IMG/VR virus record: IMGVR_UViG_3300029923_000016
Length of the DNA stretch: 20,000 nucleotides
From: an uncultured virus (IMG/VR IMGVR_UViG_3300029923_000016)
Taxonomy: Duplodnaviria > Heunggongvirae > Uroviricota > Caudoviricetes
Reading direction: 5' to 3' (one strand)
Shown: positions 1-6,439 of the stretch, piece by piece
How positions within the stretch are numbered: the first letter of the stretch is position 1
How the letters are laid out: every line of letters begins with the position of its first letter
Notes under the pieces: model-generated
Databases searched by the model: none
Seen by the model: the letters and a program-made list of their open reading frames with translations, nothing else
Told to the model about the DNA's origin: nothing
Translations under genes and position numbers: made by a program

Positions 1-1
1 G

Positions 2-223
2 GCAACTGCACGCTGTATCTTTGCTGAGGCGCTACCCAAAATCAATAAGCATTACCCTATTGTATTATTGATTCACGACGCCGCCTATGTCCTGGTGCCG
101 GAGGGGGGTGTAGAGGAGGCGAAGCAGATTTTAGAAGAAATCATGTGCCAGCCGCCGGACTGGATGCCGGATATTCCCTTGGAGGTTGAGTTTCATTATG
201 GCCGAACTCTTTTCGATTGTTAG
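2..223 (+). CDS. DNA polymerase family A, C-terminal fragment (gene begins before the window)
   Basis: Frame 2 (not in the ORF track) reads ATARCIFAEAL...PIVLLIHDAAYVLVP...IMCQPPDWMPDIPLEVE...GRTLFDC*. LLIHD resembles PolA motif C, and the PxW...PLxVE...G tail is typical of phage PolA. Confidence 0.85.
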   Translation, partial: ATARCIFAEALPKINKHYPIVLLIHDAAYVLVPEGGVEEAKQILEEIMCQPPDWMPDIPLEVEFHYGRTLFDC

Positions 224-350
224 GCAGTGTCTGTATTGTTGGCTACACGGCTTTGGCATGAAAACTGGAGCGGAGATTTGGCTTAGACGCCAAGGCATCC
301 GCGAAAATTCTAACTATCATTTAGGCTCACAGAGGCGACCACGTGAATGA
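198..350 (+). CDS. small hypothetical protein (50 aa)
   Basis: ATG at 198 preceded by GGAGG at 181-185; open to TGA 348-350 (MAELFSIVRQCLYCWLHGFG...). Overlaps the polymerase end and the next ORF start, as coupled phage genes do. Confidence 0.45.
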   Translation: MAELFSIVRQCLYCWLHGFGMKTGAEIWLRRQGIRENSNYHLGSQRRPRE

Positions 351-549
351 AATAGAGATTAGTTTTCACAGTATTGAGTTAAGTATTTTTTATAATATCG
401 ACCCCAAGATTGGCTTGAATATTTTGTATATCTACCATTTCGATGAGGAAATCTCCTGTTATCTTAATTTCTACGCGGTTTCGGAAATCAAACAGGCGAT
501 TTGGGAGCATCTCGATTCTCCTGATACTCTTTCAATAGCAAATCAATGA
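343..549 (+). CDS. hypothetical protein (68 aa)
   Basis: GTG start with GAGG about 7 nt upstream; AT-rich; no recognisable motif. Confidence 0.55.
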   Translation: MNEIEISFHSIELSIFYNIDPKIGLNILYIYHFDEEISCYLNFYAVSEIKQAIWEHLDSPDTLSIANQ

Positions 550-651
550 GTTGTGTTAGGGGGAGTCCCAAATCTAATGATAGCTGCTTAAGGTTTTTGT
601 GTGTCTGAACCTTAACCAGCAGAGAAACATATTTTTTATTCATATATAAGG

Positions 652-679
652 TTGCGTATTAAATTAGGGGGTGTATAAT
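652..679 (+). promoter_or_regulatory. sigma70-like promoter flanked by an 11-bp inverted repeat
   Basis: TTGCGT (652-657), 16-bp spacer, TATAAT (674-679). Flanked by TTCATATATAA (639-649) and TTATATATGAA (681-691). Confidence 0.6.
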
Positions 680-724
680 ATTATATATGAAATTTATAGA
701 GGGGGTTAATTTATGTGAGTCAAA

Positions 725-804
725 GCTATGCAATGCTTAGCCGTGCACTGCGATGCTGAGCGATGCCGTGCCTAGCTATGCTCTGCGGAGCAATGCAAAG
801 CCTA
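725..804 (+). repeat. GCNNW pentamer tract 1 (16 units)
   Basis: gctat gcaat gctta gccgt gcact gcgat gctga gcgat gccgt gccta gctat gctct gcgga gcaat gcaaa gccta. Confidence 0.95.
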
Positions 805-814
805 ATTAATTAGG

Positions 815-859
815 GTACTGAGTCTTCTCACGAGGGCTTAGTGCGGTAATTAATTTACC
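815..859 (+). ncRNA. putative structured RNA element, copy 1 (13-bp stem plus GGTA/TACC hairpin)
   Basis: gtactgagtcttc-tcac-gagggcttagtgc pairs fully when G-U is allowed, then ggta-attaatt-tacc. Homologous to 926-966 with compensatory changes. Confidence 0.6.
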
Positions 860-862
860 AAA

Positions 863-907
863 GCGCTGCTGTGCCTTGCTATGCGAAGCCATGCGGAGCA
901 ATGCAAA
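863..907 (+). repeat. GCNNW pentamer tract 2 (9 units)
   Basis: gcgct gctgt gcctt gctat gcgaa gccat gcgga gcaat gcaaa. Shares the 17-mer tgcggagcaatgcaaag with tract 1. Confidence 0.95.
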
Positions 908-925
908 GGCTATTTTAATAATAGC

Positions 926-966
926 GTACTAGCCATTCCAACGAGTGGTTAGTGCGGTATTGTACC
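926..966 (+). ncRNA. putative structured RNA element, copy 2
   Basis: gtactagccattc-caac-gagtggttagtgc stem, then ggta-ttg-tacc. Confidence 0.6.
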
Positions 967-969
967 ACT

Positions 970-1024
970 GCGATGCAGTGCGATGCCTTGCAGTGCCAAG
1001 CTTAGCATAGCACAGCGAAGCAAA
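970..1024 (+). repeat. GCNNW pentamer tract 3 (11 units)
   Basis: gcgat gcagt gcgat gcctt gcagt gccaa gctta gcata gcaca gcgaa gcaaa. Confidence 0.95.
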
Positions 1025-1025
1025 G

Positions 1026-1057
1026 GCCGTGCCTTTTAGGCACGGCACCCTATTTTT
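1026..1057 (+). terminator. GC-rich hairpin, possible weak intrinsic terminator
   Basis: gccgtgcct-ttt-aggcacggc (1026-1046) followed by accctattttt. The T-tract is offset from the stem. Confidence 0.45.
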
Positions 1058-1068
1058 AGGAGAATCAA

Positions 1069-1758
1069 ATGTCAAAAATGTTGCCGTGGAGTTATTCGGG
1101 GCTAAGCCAATTTCAAGTATGCCCGTTGCAATTCTACGAGCATCGCGTACGTAAAAGCGTACCGTTCATAGAGACCGATGCGATTAAGTACGGCAAAGCC
1201 CTGCACAGCGCGGCGGAGTTTTACATCAAGTCCAACATGCCCTTGCCTGCCGAGTTTGCGTTCATGCAGAGCTACCTGGATAAGCTAATAGCGTTGCCGG
1301 GCAAAAAATATGTCGAGCTACAGATGGGCATAGCTATCAAAGATTGGGCGTTTGTCCATTGTGATTACTGGGATTCAAGCTGCTGGTATCGGGGCGTCAG
1401 TGATTTTATTTCCGTTGACCACGATAATGAGAAAGCTTACCTGGTCGATTTTAAGACCGGTAAGAGTGCAGCCTATGCCGACACCACCCAGTTGGCATTA
1501 CTGGCGGCGCTTATTTTTCTGCATTTCCCGAAGGTCAAAACGGTCAAAAGCATGCTGTTGTTCGTCAAGGCTGGACAAATTGTCAAAGCAGAGTATGATT
1601 TTGCCAGTCGGTTTACAGTGTTTGCGCATCTGAATCAGGACTTAAAACGCCTGAAAGCGGCGTACGAAAGTAACGTGTGGAATCCAACGCAGAACAATTT
1701 CTGCAAGCGCTGGTGTGCGGTACATACCTGTGTACATAACGGAGAATATAGTGAGTGA
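1069..1758 (+). CDS. Cas4-like / PD-(D/E)XK exonuclease
   Basis: N-terminal WSYSxL...CP, central E...D...DFKTG nuclease motif, QLxL motif and C-terminal C-x3-C-x4-C (four Cys typical of the Fe-S staple). RBS AGGAGA. Confidence 0.85.
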   Translation: MSKMLPWSYSGLSQFQVCPLQFYEHRVRKSVPFIETDAIKYGKALHSAAEFYIKSNMPLPAEFAFMQSYLDKLIALPGKKYVELQMGIAIKDWAFVHCDYWDSSCWYRGVSDFISVDHDNEKAYLVDFKTGKSAAYADTTQLALLAALIFLHFPKVKTVKSMLLFVKAGQIVKAEYDFASRFTVFAHLNQDLKRLKAAYESNVWNPTQNNFCKRWCAVHTCVHNGEYSE

Positions 1759-1972
1759 GGAAGAGGTAGCGTACTTAACGCTGGAGCATCTGAAAGCTAT
1801 CCGCAAGACCGGCGAGCGTACCGCAGAGGACGTGAAAGATATCATACACCGTGTGTCCTCACTTGAGAGGTCAACGGCATTACTACACCTTGATTTAGCT
1901 CAAATCAACTATCGTCTGGATACTTTCGATGGGCGCTTGGGGCATATCGAGAAACGATTGGAGTTAGAATGA
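1751..1972 (+). CDS. small coiled-coil hypothetical protein (73 aa)
   Basis: GTG at 1751 after GGAGA is preferred over the track start at 1715; heptad-like Leu pattern (LEHLKAIR...RLGHIEKRLEL). Confidence 0.7.
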   Translation: MSEEEVAYLTLEHLKAIRKTGERTAEDVKDIIHRVSSLERSTALLHLDLAQINYRLDTFDGRLGHIEKRLELE

Positions 1973-2214
1973 ATGAACTACCCACAAACGGCCCCGGCAA
2001 ATACGATGATATTTGTACGGTGGCGCGAGAAAGAACCGATGCGCAAGCCGCCATTGTTATTATAATTAATGGCGTGTTGGGCAGTGGTTTCTCACTACAG
2101 TCGGAACATCCGGATGTAGTAGTCCAACTACCCGATATGCTTGAAACAATGGCTAAAGAAATACGTGAAATAATTACTGAGGAGAAGGCAGATGCCGTAC
2201 AAAGACATGAATGA
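1969..2214 (+). CDS. hypothetical protein (81 aa)
   Basis: ATGA overlap with the upstream stop; GGAG RBS. Confidence 0.7.
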   Translation: MNELPTNGPGKYDDICTVARERTDAQAAIVIIINGVLGSGFSLQSEHPDVVVQLPDMLETMAKEIREIITEEKADAVQRHE

Positions 2215-2455
2215 CCGCGACCCGTCACACGAGGCCCAGGTCGAAAAGAAAAACCCCAAAGCCGTGGCCGCACGCAAGAAACGGCAGCAGGCTAGACAAT
2301 TGTACGATAAACTCGATATCCCTAGAAAAGGTAAGGATATTGACCATATTAAGGGCACCGAAGCCGGCAACGCCAAGAGCAATCTCAGGCTACAGACGCC
2401 GTCACAGAACCGGTCATTCCCACGTAATTCAAATCACACTGCAAAGAGGAAGTAA
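2192..2455 (+). CDS. small HNH-family endonuclease-like protein
   Basis: KDIDHIK...GN..SNLR...S.NRS matches the HNH (HNN variant) pattern; RBS GGAGAAGG. Confidence 0.75.
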   Translation: MPYKDMNDRDPSHEAQVEKKNPKAVAARKKRQQARQLYDKLDIPRKGKDIDHIKGTEAGNAKSNLRLQTPSQNRSFPRNSNHTAKRK

Positions 2456-2456
2456 C

Positions 2457-2669
2457 ATGCAAATATCAACCAAGTCAGTGATATCACTGGCAGAGGAAGC
2501 GGGGCTCCCGCCCTCTTTAATCGAGCGCCACACCGATGCTTTAACGCATTTTGCACTCCGCCTGCGCATGGCAGAACGGCGCGTTTGTCGTAATAAGCTG
2601 CGCAACTGGACCATAGACAAGTCCCTGAGCAAGCCGCCGCTACTTGAGGCGCTGACGGAGCATGATTGA
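2457..2669 (+). CDS. hypothetical protein (70 aa)
   Basis: ATG at 2457 after AGAGGA, directly following the HNH stop. The track's start at 2211 is probably overextended. Confidence 0.65.
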   Translation: MQISTKSVISLAEEAGLPPSLIERHTDALTHFALRLRMAERRVCRNKLRNWTIDKSLSKPPLLEALTEHD

Positions 2670-5307
2670 GATAATACATGATAAGGTGTTATCCGTCACC
2701 ACGGATAGCCCTGACGACATTACAACAGTAATAGACAAGTACAAGATAGACAATGGCAAAGTGCTCATCCCCTTTAATCTGGGGAATGTTCACATATTAA
2801 AAAACATGGGCTTTACGGTACCGTCGCCCATTGAGACTCGGTATGGGTGGCCTGGACTCCATAAACCCTTTTCGCATCAGCGCAGTATCGCTTCGTTTTT
2901 GACCTTGAATAGGCGGGCGTATAACTTTGGCGAATTAGGAATTGGCAAAACGAAAAGCGCTATCTGGGCTGCCGACTACCTACTAAGTATAGGTGCTATA
3001 CGGCGTGTATTGGTTATCGCGCCGCTTAGCATCCTCGATTCTGCATGGAAGCAGGAGATATTCAGGACAGTGATGCATCGGTCTGTTGATGTGGCGCATG
3101 GCACAAAGGAGAAACGCGAGGCAATAATCAATAGTAAAGCTGAGTTTATACTTATCAATTATGATGGCGTCGAGATTGTGATTGACGCTTTGGACCGAGG
3201 TAACTTTGATTTAATCATAATTGATGAGTGCTTTGTAGCTGGGACACGAGTTCTTACGCCTATTGGTTTTAGAGCTATTGAACAAATCGTAGAAGGTGAT
3301 ATAATAGAGACAAGTTGGGGGCCAAGACCCGTAACCAAAACGTTTCATAAACAATCATCCAACATAGTTGAAGTCGAGTTTGAAGATGGTATCAAAATTA
3401 CCTGCACAGAAGAGCACCCTTTCTCAACCCGAAATGGTTGGGTCGCCGCAAAAGACCTCCTTGGTGAAATATGTACTACATCAAGAGAATTGTCACACCT
3501 GCGGGACGCCGTTCGAGCAGAAGGTGTTTGCCAACCAGAAGGCATCTCACTATTGTTCTCGCGCATGTTGGAAAGAGTCGTACTATGTAGATTTGGTGTG
3601 CGGGCATTGCGGAAAAAAGTATCGAAAGGTAAAGAGTTACTTAAGAACCAACCCTGCAAAATATTGCAGCACAAAATGTACGGCGCAAGCGCGCTCTGCA
3701 AAAGTTATGGGGGAGACAGTTATGTGTCCGGTCTGCGGAGGGGAGCATTTTGTACCCCACAGAGTGTTGCGGTATCGTCCAGCATTAACCTGTTCCCGTT
3801 CCTGCGCCAGAAAGTTAGTGTGGCAAACAGAGCGAAAGCGGATGATGGATGGCGTACAGAAAGCAGCGGAGAAGCATCGGGGCCAACCCTCACCTCTCAG
3901 GGGGATTCCCCATACAGAAGAGCGCAAGCAACAACAGCGTGCGCTGGCAGTAGAGTTGGGGAGTCGGGAACCGTTCATGCGAGTGCGGGGCGGCAATGGT
4001 ACGGGTATGTCAAGAGTAGAGTTACTAATGCGCTCAATACTCCCAGAAAGTTTCCAATACAACTATATTGTAAAGACATTACAAAAGCGTGGAAGCGGGT
4101 ATCCCTATCACTACAAGCTGGATTTCGCAGACCCTTTACAGATGATTTGTTTAGAAGTAGACGGGTACAGCCACAATACAATACAGCGTCAAGAACAAGA
4201 CAGGAAGAAAGAGGCGTTGCTTCAGGACTTAGGGTGGTCAGTGTTACGCGTATCCAACAAGGATGTCCTCGCGATGTTTGGAATCTGGAAGTAGCGGGCC
4301 CTCATGATTATATCGTTGAGGATGTGCTAGTCCATAACTGCAACTACATAAAGAACGTCCAAACCCGCAAGCACAAGTTCATTAACAAGTTGATTAAAGC
4401 GGATACCTGGTGCTGGCTAATGACCGCTACACCGGCTGCGCAGAGCCCTTGTGATGCCTATGGTCTGGCGCGTATGATAGACCCTAAATCAGTGCCTCGG
4501 TCTTATGGTGCATTTAGGGAGATGGTGCAGTATAAAATCAATATGTTTATGTGGATAAATAAACCCGATGCAGAGCGAACAGTACACAGAGTTTTACAAC
4601 CCGCAATTAGATTTACTAAATCAGAATGTTTGGATTTACCTGAGCTATTATATGAGACGCGTGAAGTACCTCTGACCGCACAGCAAAACAAGTATTACAA
4701 ACTTCTAAAAAAGGAAATGATGATTCTCGCTGCGGGTACAACGGTCACTGCGGCGAACGCAGCGGTTCTGATTGGAAAGTTGTTGCAAATTTCAGCGGGC
4801 AACTGTTATGATGAACGTGGGGATATTATTGAGTTTGATATCTCCAACCGATTCAGAGAGCTGTGTGATATCATCCGTGAGACGCGTAACAAAACGATAG
4901 TGTTTGTGCAGTTTAGGAACTCCATCGAGCGAATCATGCGGATGCTGCAGGATGAAGGCATTACTTGCGAGGCCATTCACGGGAAAATCCCCATGAATAA
5001 GCGGGATGTCATCTTCTCTGATTTCCAAAACAAACCCGACCCGCAAGTGTTAATCATCCAGCCGCAAGCTGCGGCACACGGTGTGACATTGACAAAAGCG
5101 GATACGACAATATGGTTCGGGGTACCCATGTCCTTTGAAATTTACCAACAAGGGAATGGGCGTACGCACCGCGCCGGACAACGCAACCAATGTACTGTTG
5201 TCCATTTGATAGGTAGTGATGTTGAGAAGAAAGTATTGAACGCGTTGGACAAAAAGAATATGTCCGCAACGACTCTATTGGCATTATTTAAAGAGGTAAT
5301 AAAATGA
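2662..5307 (+). CDS. SNF2-family (SF2) helicase precursor containing an intein (881 aa; about 511 aa after splicing)
   Basis: Walker A GELGIGKT, motif Ia VLVIAPLS, Walker B LIIIDE|C, motif III MTATP, HelicC motifs HGVTLT and QGNGRTHRAGQ. Confidence 0.93.
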   Translation: MIEIIHDKVLSVTTDSPDDITTVIDKYKIDNGKVLIPFNLGNVHILKNMGFTVPSPIETRYGWPGLHKPFSHQRSIASFLTLNRRAYNFGELGIGKTKSAIWAADYLLSIGAIRRVLVIAPLSILDSAWKQEIFRTVMHRSVDVAHGTKEKREAIINSKAEFILINYDGVEIVIDALDRGNFDLIIIDECFVAGTRVLTPIGFRAIEQIVEGDIIETSWGPRPVTKTFHKQSSNIVEVEFEDGIKITCTEEHPFSTRNGWVAAKDLLGEICTTSRELSHLRDAVRAEGVCQPEGISLLFSRMLERVVLCRFGVRALRKKVSKGKELLKNQPCKILQHKMYGASALCKSYGGDSYVSGLRRGAFCTPQSVAVSSSINLFPFLRQKVSVANRAKADDGWRTESSGEASGPTLTSQGDSPYRRAQATTACAGSRVGESGTVHASAGRQWYGYVKSRVTNALNTPRKFPIQLYCKDITKAWKRVSLSLQAGFRRPFTDDLFRSRRVQPQYNTASRTRQEERGVASGLRVVSVTRIQQGCPRDVWNLEVAGPHDYIVEDVLVHNCNYIKNVQTRKHKFINKLIKADTWCWLMTATPAAQSPCDAYGLARMIDPKSVPRSYGAFREMVQYKINMFMWINKPDAERTVHRVLQPAIRFTKSECLDLPELLYETREVPLTAQQNKYYKLLKKEMMILAAGTTVTAANAAVLIGKLLQISAGNCYDERGDIIEFDISNRFRELCDIIRETRNKTIVFVQFRNSIERIMRMLQDEGITCEAIHGKIPMNKRDVIFSDFQNKPDPQVLIIQPQAAAHGVTLTKADTTIWFGVPMSFEIYQQGNGRTHRAGQRNQCTVVHLIGSDVEKKVLNALDKKNMSATTLLALFKEVIK
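3229..4338 (+). mobile_element. class 1 intein (370 aa) inserted in helicase Walker B
   Basis: Block A CFVAGTRVLTP, block B ITCTEEHPF (TxxH), block F VWNLEV..HDYIV, block G VLVHN followed by +1 Cys. Excision restores IIIDE-CNYIKN. Confidence 0.95.
3368..4294 (+). CDS. nested out-of-frame putative homing endonuclease (Zn-ribbon repeats, NUMOD3-like segment, Vsr/DUF559-like nuclease); true start uncertain
   Basis: Three CxxCG...CSxxC repeats, GIPHTEERK, and C-terminal E...YKLDFA...CLEVDGYSH...DRKKEALL..LGWSVLRV. Candidate starts are TTG 3368, ATG 3386, ATG 3434 and GTG 3464. Confidence 0.88.
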   Translation: MKSSLKMVSKLPAQKSTLSQPEMVGSPQKTSLVKYVLHQENCHTCGTPFEQKVFANQKASHYCSRACWKESYYVDLVCGHCGKKYRKVKSYLRTNPAKYCSTKCTAQARSAKVMGETVMCPVCGGEHFVPHRVLRYRPALTCSRSCARKLVWQTERKRMMDGVQKAAEKHRGQPSPLRGIPHTEERKQQQRALAVELGSREPFMRVRGGNGTGMSRVELLMRSILPESFQYNYIVKTLQKRGSGYPYHYKLDFADPLQMICLEVDGYSHNTIQRQEQDRKKEALLQDLGWSVLRVSNKDVLAMFGIWK

Positions 5308-5483
5308 CAGCAAGCGAAATAGAAGATTTTAATGATTTATTATCTGATGCTGAGATGAACGCCAGCACGGATTGGGAACTCGAATTCACCGGTAGTATGA
5401 GGGCGCATTATAAAAAATATGGCGATGACACCTATGTGTCCGCCAAGCAATTACATCACCTGGAGAAGATTGCAAATGTGTGA
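5304..5483 (+). CDS. small hypothetical protein (59 aa)
   Basis: ATGA overlap with the helicase stop, RBS GAGG; MTASEIEDFNDLLSDAE...DWELEF...SAKQLHHLEKIANV. Below the ORF-track cut-off. Confidence 0.7.
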   Translation: MTASEIEDFNDLLSDAEMNASTDWELEFTGSMRAHYKKYGDDTYVSAKQLHHLEKIANV

Positions 5484-5595
5484 GACGTTACATTTGATAT
5501 CCATTGTACTGCTTATTGGCGCTATCGGTATGATGTGGGTGCTACACAGTGTAGGCAAGGCGCTGAATAAACAAGATGAGCGGGATAAGAGTTGA
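5476..5595 (+). CDS. small single-pass membrane peptide (39 aa)
   Basis: RBS GGAG; MCETLHLISIVLLIGAIGMMWVLHSVGKALNKQDERDKS has one hydrophobic stretch and a charged tail. Confidence 0.55.
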   Translation: MCETLHLISIVLLIGAIGMMWVLHSVGKALNKQDERDKS

Positions 5596-5620
5596 CAAAC
5601 TAGCTTTACAACTGTATAAT
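5592..5620 (+). promoter_or_regulatory. consensus sigma70 promoter
   Basis: TTGACA (5592-5597), 17-bp spacer, TATAAT (5615-5620), upstream of the ORF at 5655. Confidence 0.9.
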
Positions 5621-5654
5621 AATCTCACAGTCAACAACTAAACAGGACAAGACT

Positions 5655-6047
5655 ATGCCCGATGTAGAAAAGATAGTATCCGTCTATCTGAAAATCAGAA
5701 ACAAGAAAGCGGAAATCACCAAGGCTTATGAAGCGCAGATAGCAGAGCTTGACGCTAAACAAGATATGCTCCAAAGCGCATTGCTTGATTTGTGTAAAGA
5801 ACTGGGCGTTGAATCAGTTCGTACAGAATCCGGCACTGCCTTTAGGACTATCAAAGAACGAGTCTTCGTATCGGATTGGGCAGCTGTAGAGCAATTCATC
5901 TACGACAATGACGCGTTTGATTTGGTCGAGAAAAGGCTTGCCCAGAACGCGGCTAAGTCATGGATAAAAGACTTCCCAGACAAACCTATCCCGTCTGTGG
6001 TTGTAGACAGAAAGTTTACTATAACGGTTAGGAGAGGTAAGCCATGA
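5655..6047 (+). CDS. conserved phage protein with N-terminal coiled coil (possibly Gam/Gp157-like)
   Basis: Coiled-coil N-terminus followed by SVRTxxGT...VxDW...FI...DL.EKR, a pattern I associate with phage replication modules; RBS AGGA. Confidence 0.7.
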   Translation: MPDVEKIVSVYLKIRNKKAEITKAYEAQIAELDAKQDMLQSALLDLCKELGVESVRTESGTAFRTIKERVFVSDWAAVEQFIYDNDAFDLVEKRLAQNAAKSWIKDFPDKPIPSVVVDRKFTITVRRGKP

Positions 6048-6430
6048 GCGATTATTCTAATAATGAACTGTTACATCCGGACCTTCCTGAACCGGACATT
6101 TTCTTAACCGAAAAAGAAGTCAGGGAAATTTTAGGGTTATCCCGGCAGTCTTGTTATAATATGCGCCGAGCCGGCATCTTCACCAGCCACTATATCAAAG
6201 GCAAAGTGAAATACTCGGCCAAAGAAGTCGAAGCGTACATTGAGCGCAAATCATTGCCTGATATCCGTGTGACGCCAACAATCAGAACGCGTGCCAAACC
6301 CGGCGAACCGAAGAAGGAAAGAGTTTATACCAAGCCTGCCCCGTCTGTTGCCAAGATGAGCAAGCGCACCCCACCCCCTGCTACGATGCCAGAACCATCG
6401 TATGAGGACTTTGATAATTACTTTATATAA
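6044..6430 (+). CDS. excisionase/AlpA-like helix-turn-helix DNA-binding protein
   Basis: FLTEKEVREILGLSRQSCYNMRRAG...GKVKYSAKEV; Pro/Lys-rich tail; ATGA coupling. Confidence 0.8.
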   Translation: MSDYSNNELLHPDLPEPDIFLTEKEVREILGLSRQSCYNMRRAGIFTSHYIKGKVKYSAKEVEAYIERKSLPDIRVTPTIRTRAKPGEPKKERVYTKPAPSVAKMSKRTPPPATMPEPSYEDFDNYFI

Positions 6431-6439
6431 GAGAGCACC

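Noticed and set aside
583..620. Hairpin gctg-c-ttaaggtt...aaccttaa-c-cagc
   Set aside because: Real but with a large loop and no adjacent U-tract; I cannot support a terminator or RNA call.
720..1758. CRISPR array plus cas4
   Set aside because: There are no identical direct repeats with unique spacers, and the 'spacers' are themselves periodic. Cas4-like exonucleases are common stand-alone phage replication genes, and no other cas genes are present.
2211..2456. N-terminal extension of the 152-aa ORF
   Set aside because: It overlaps the HNH gene entirely; ATG 2457 with an RBS is the better start.
3345..4181. Antisense ORFs within the intein (3345-3701, 3637-4062, 3975-4181)
   Set aside because: No motifs; they are expected shadows of a region already constrained in two forward frames.
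3368..4294. Sequencing frameshift as the explanation for the nested endonuclease
   Set aside because: Both frames are open in parallel over the whole region. An indel error would not leave the non-coding frame free of stops for about 250 codons. Read-level confirmation is still advisable.
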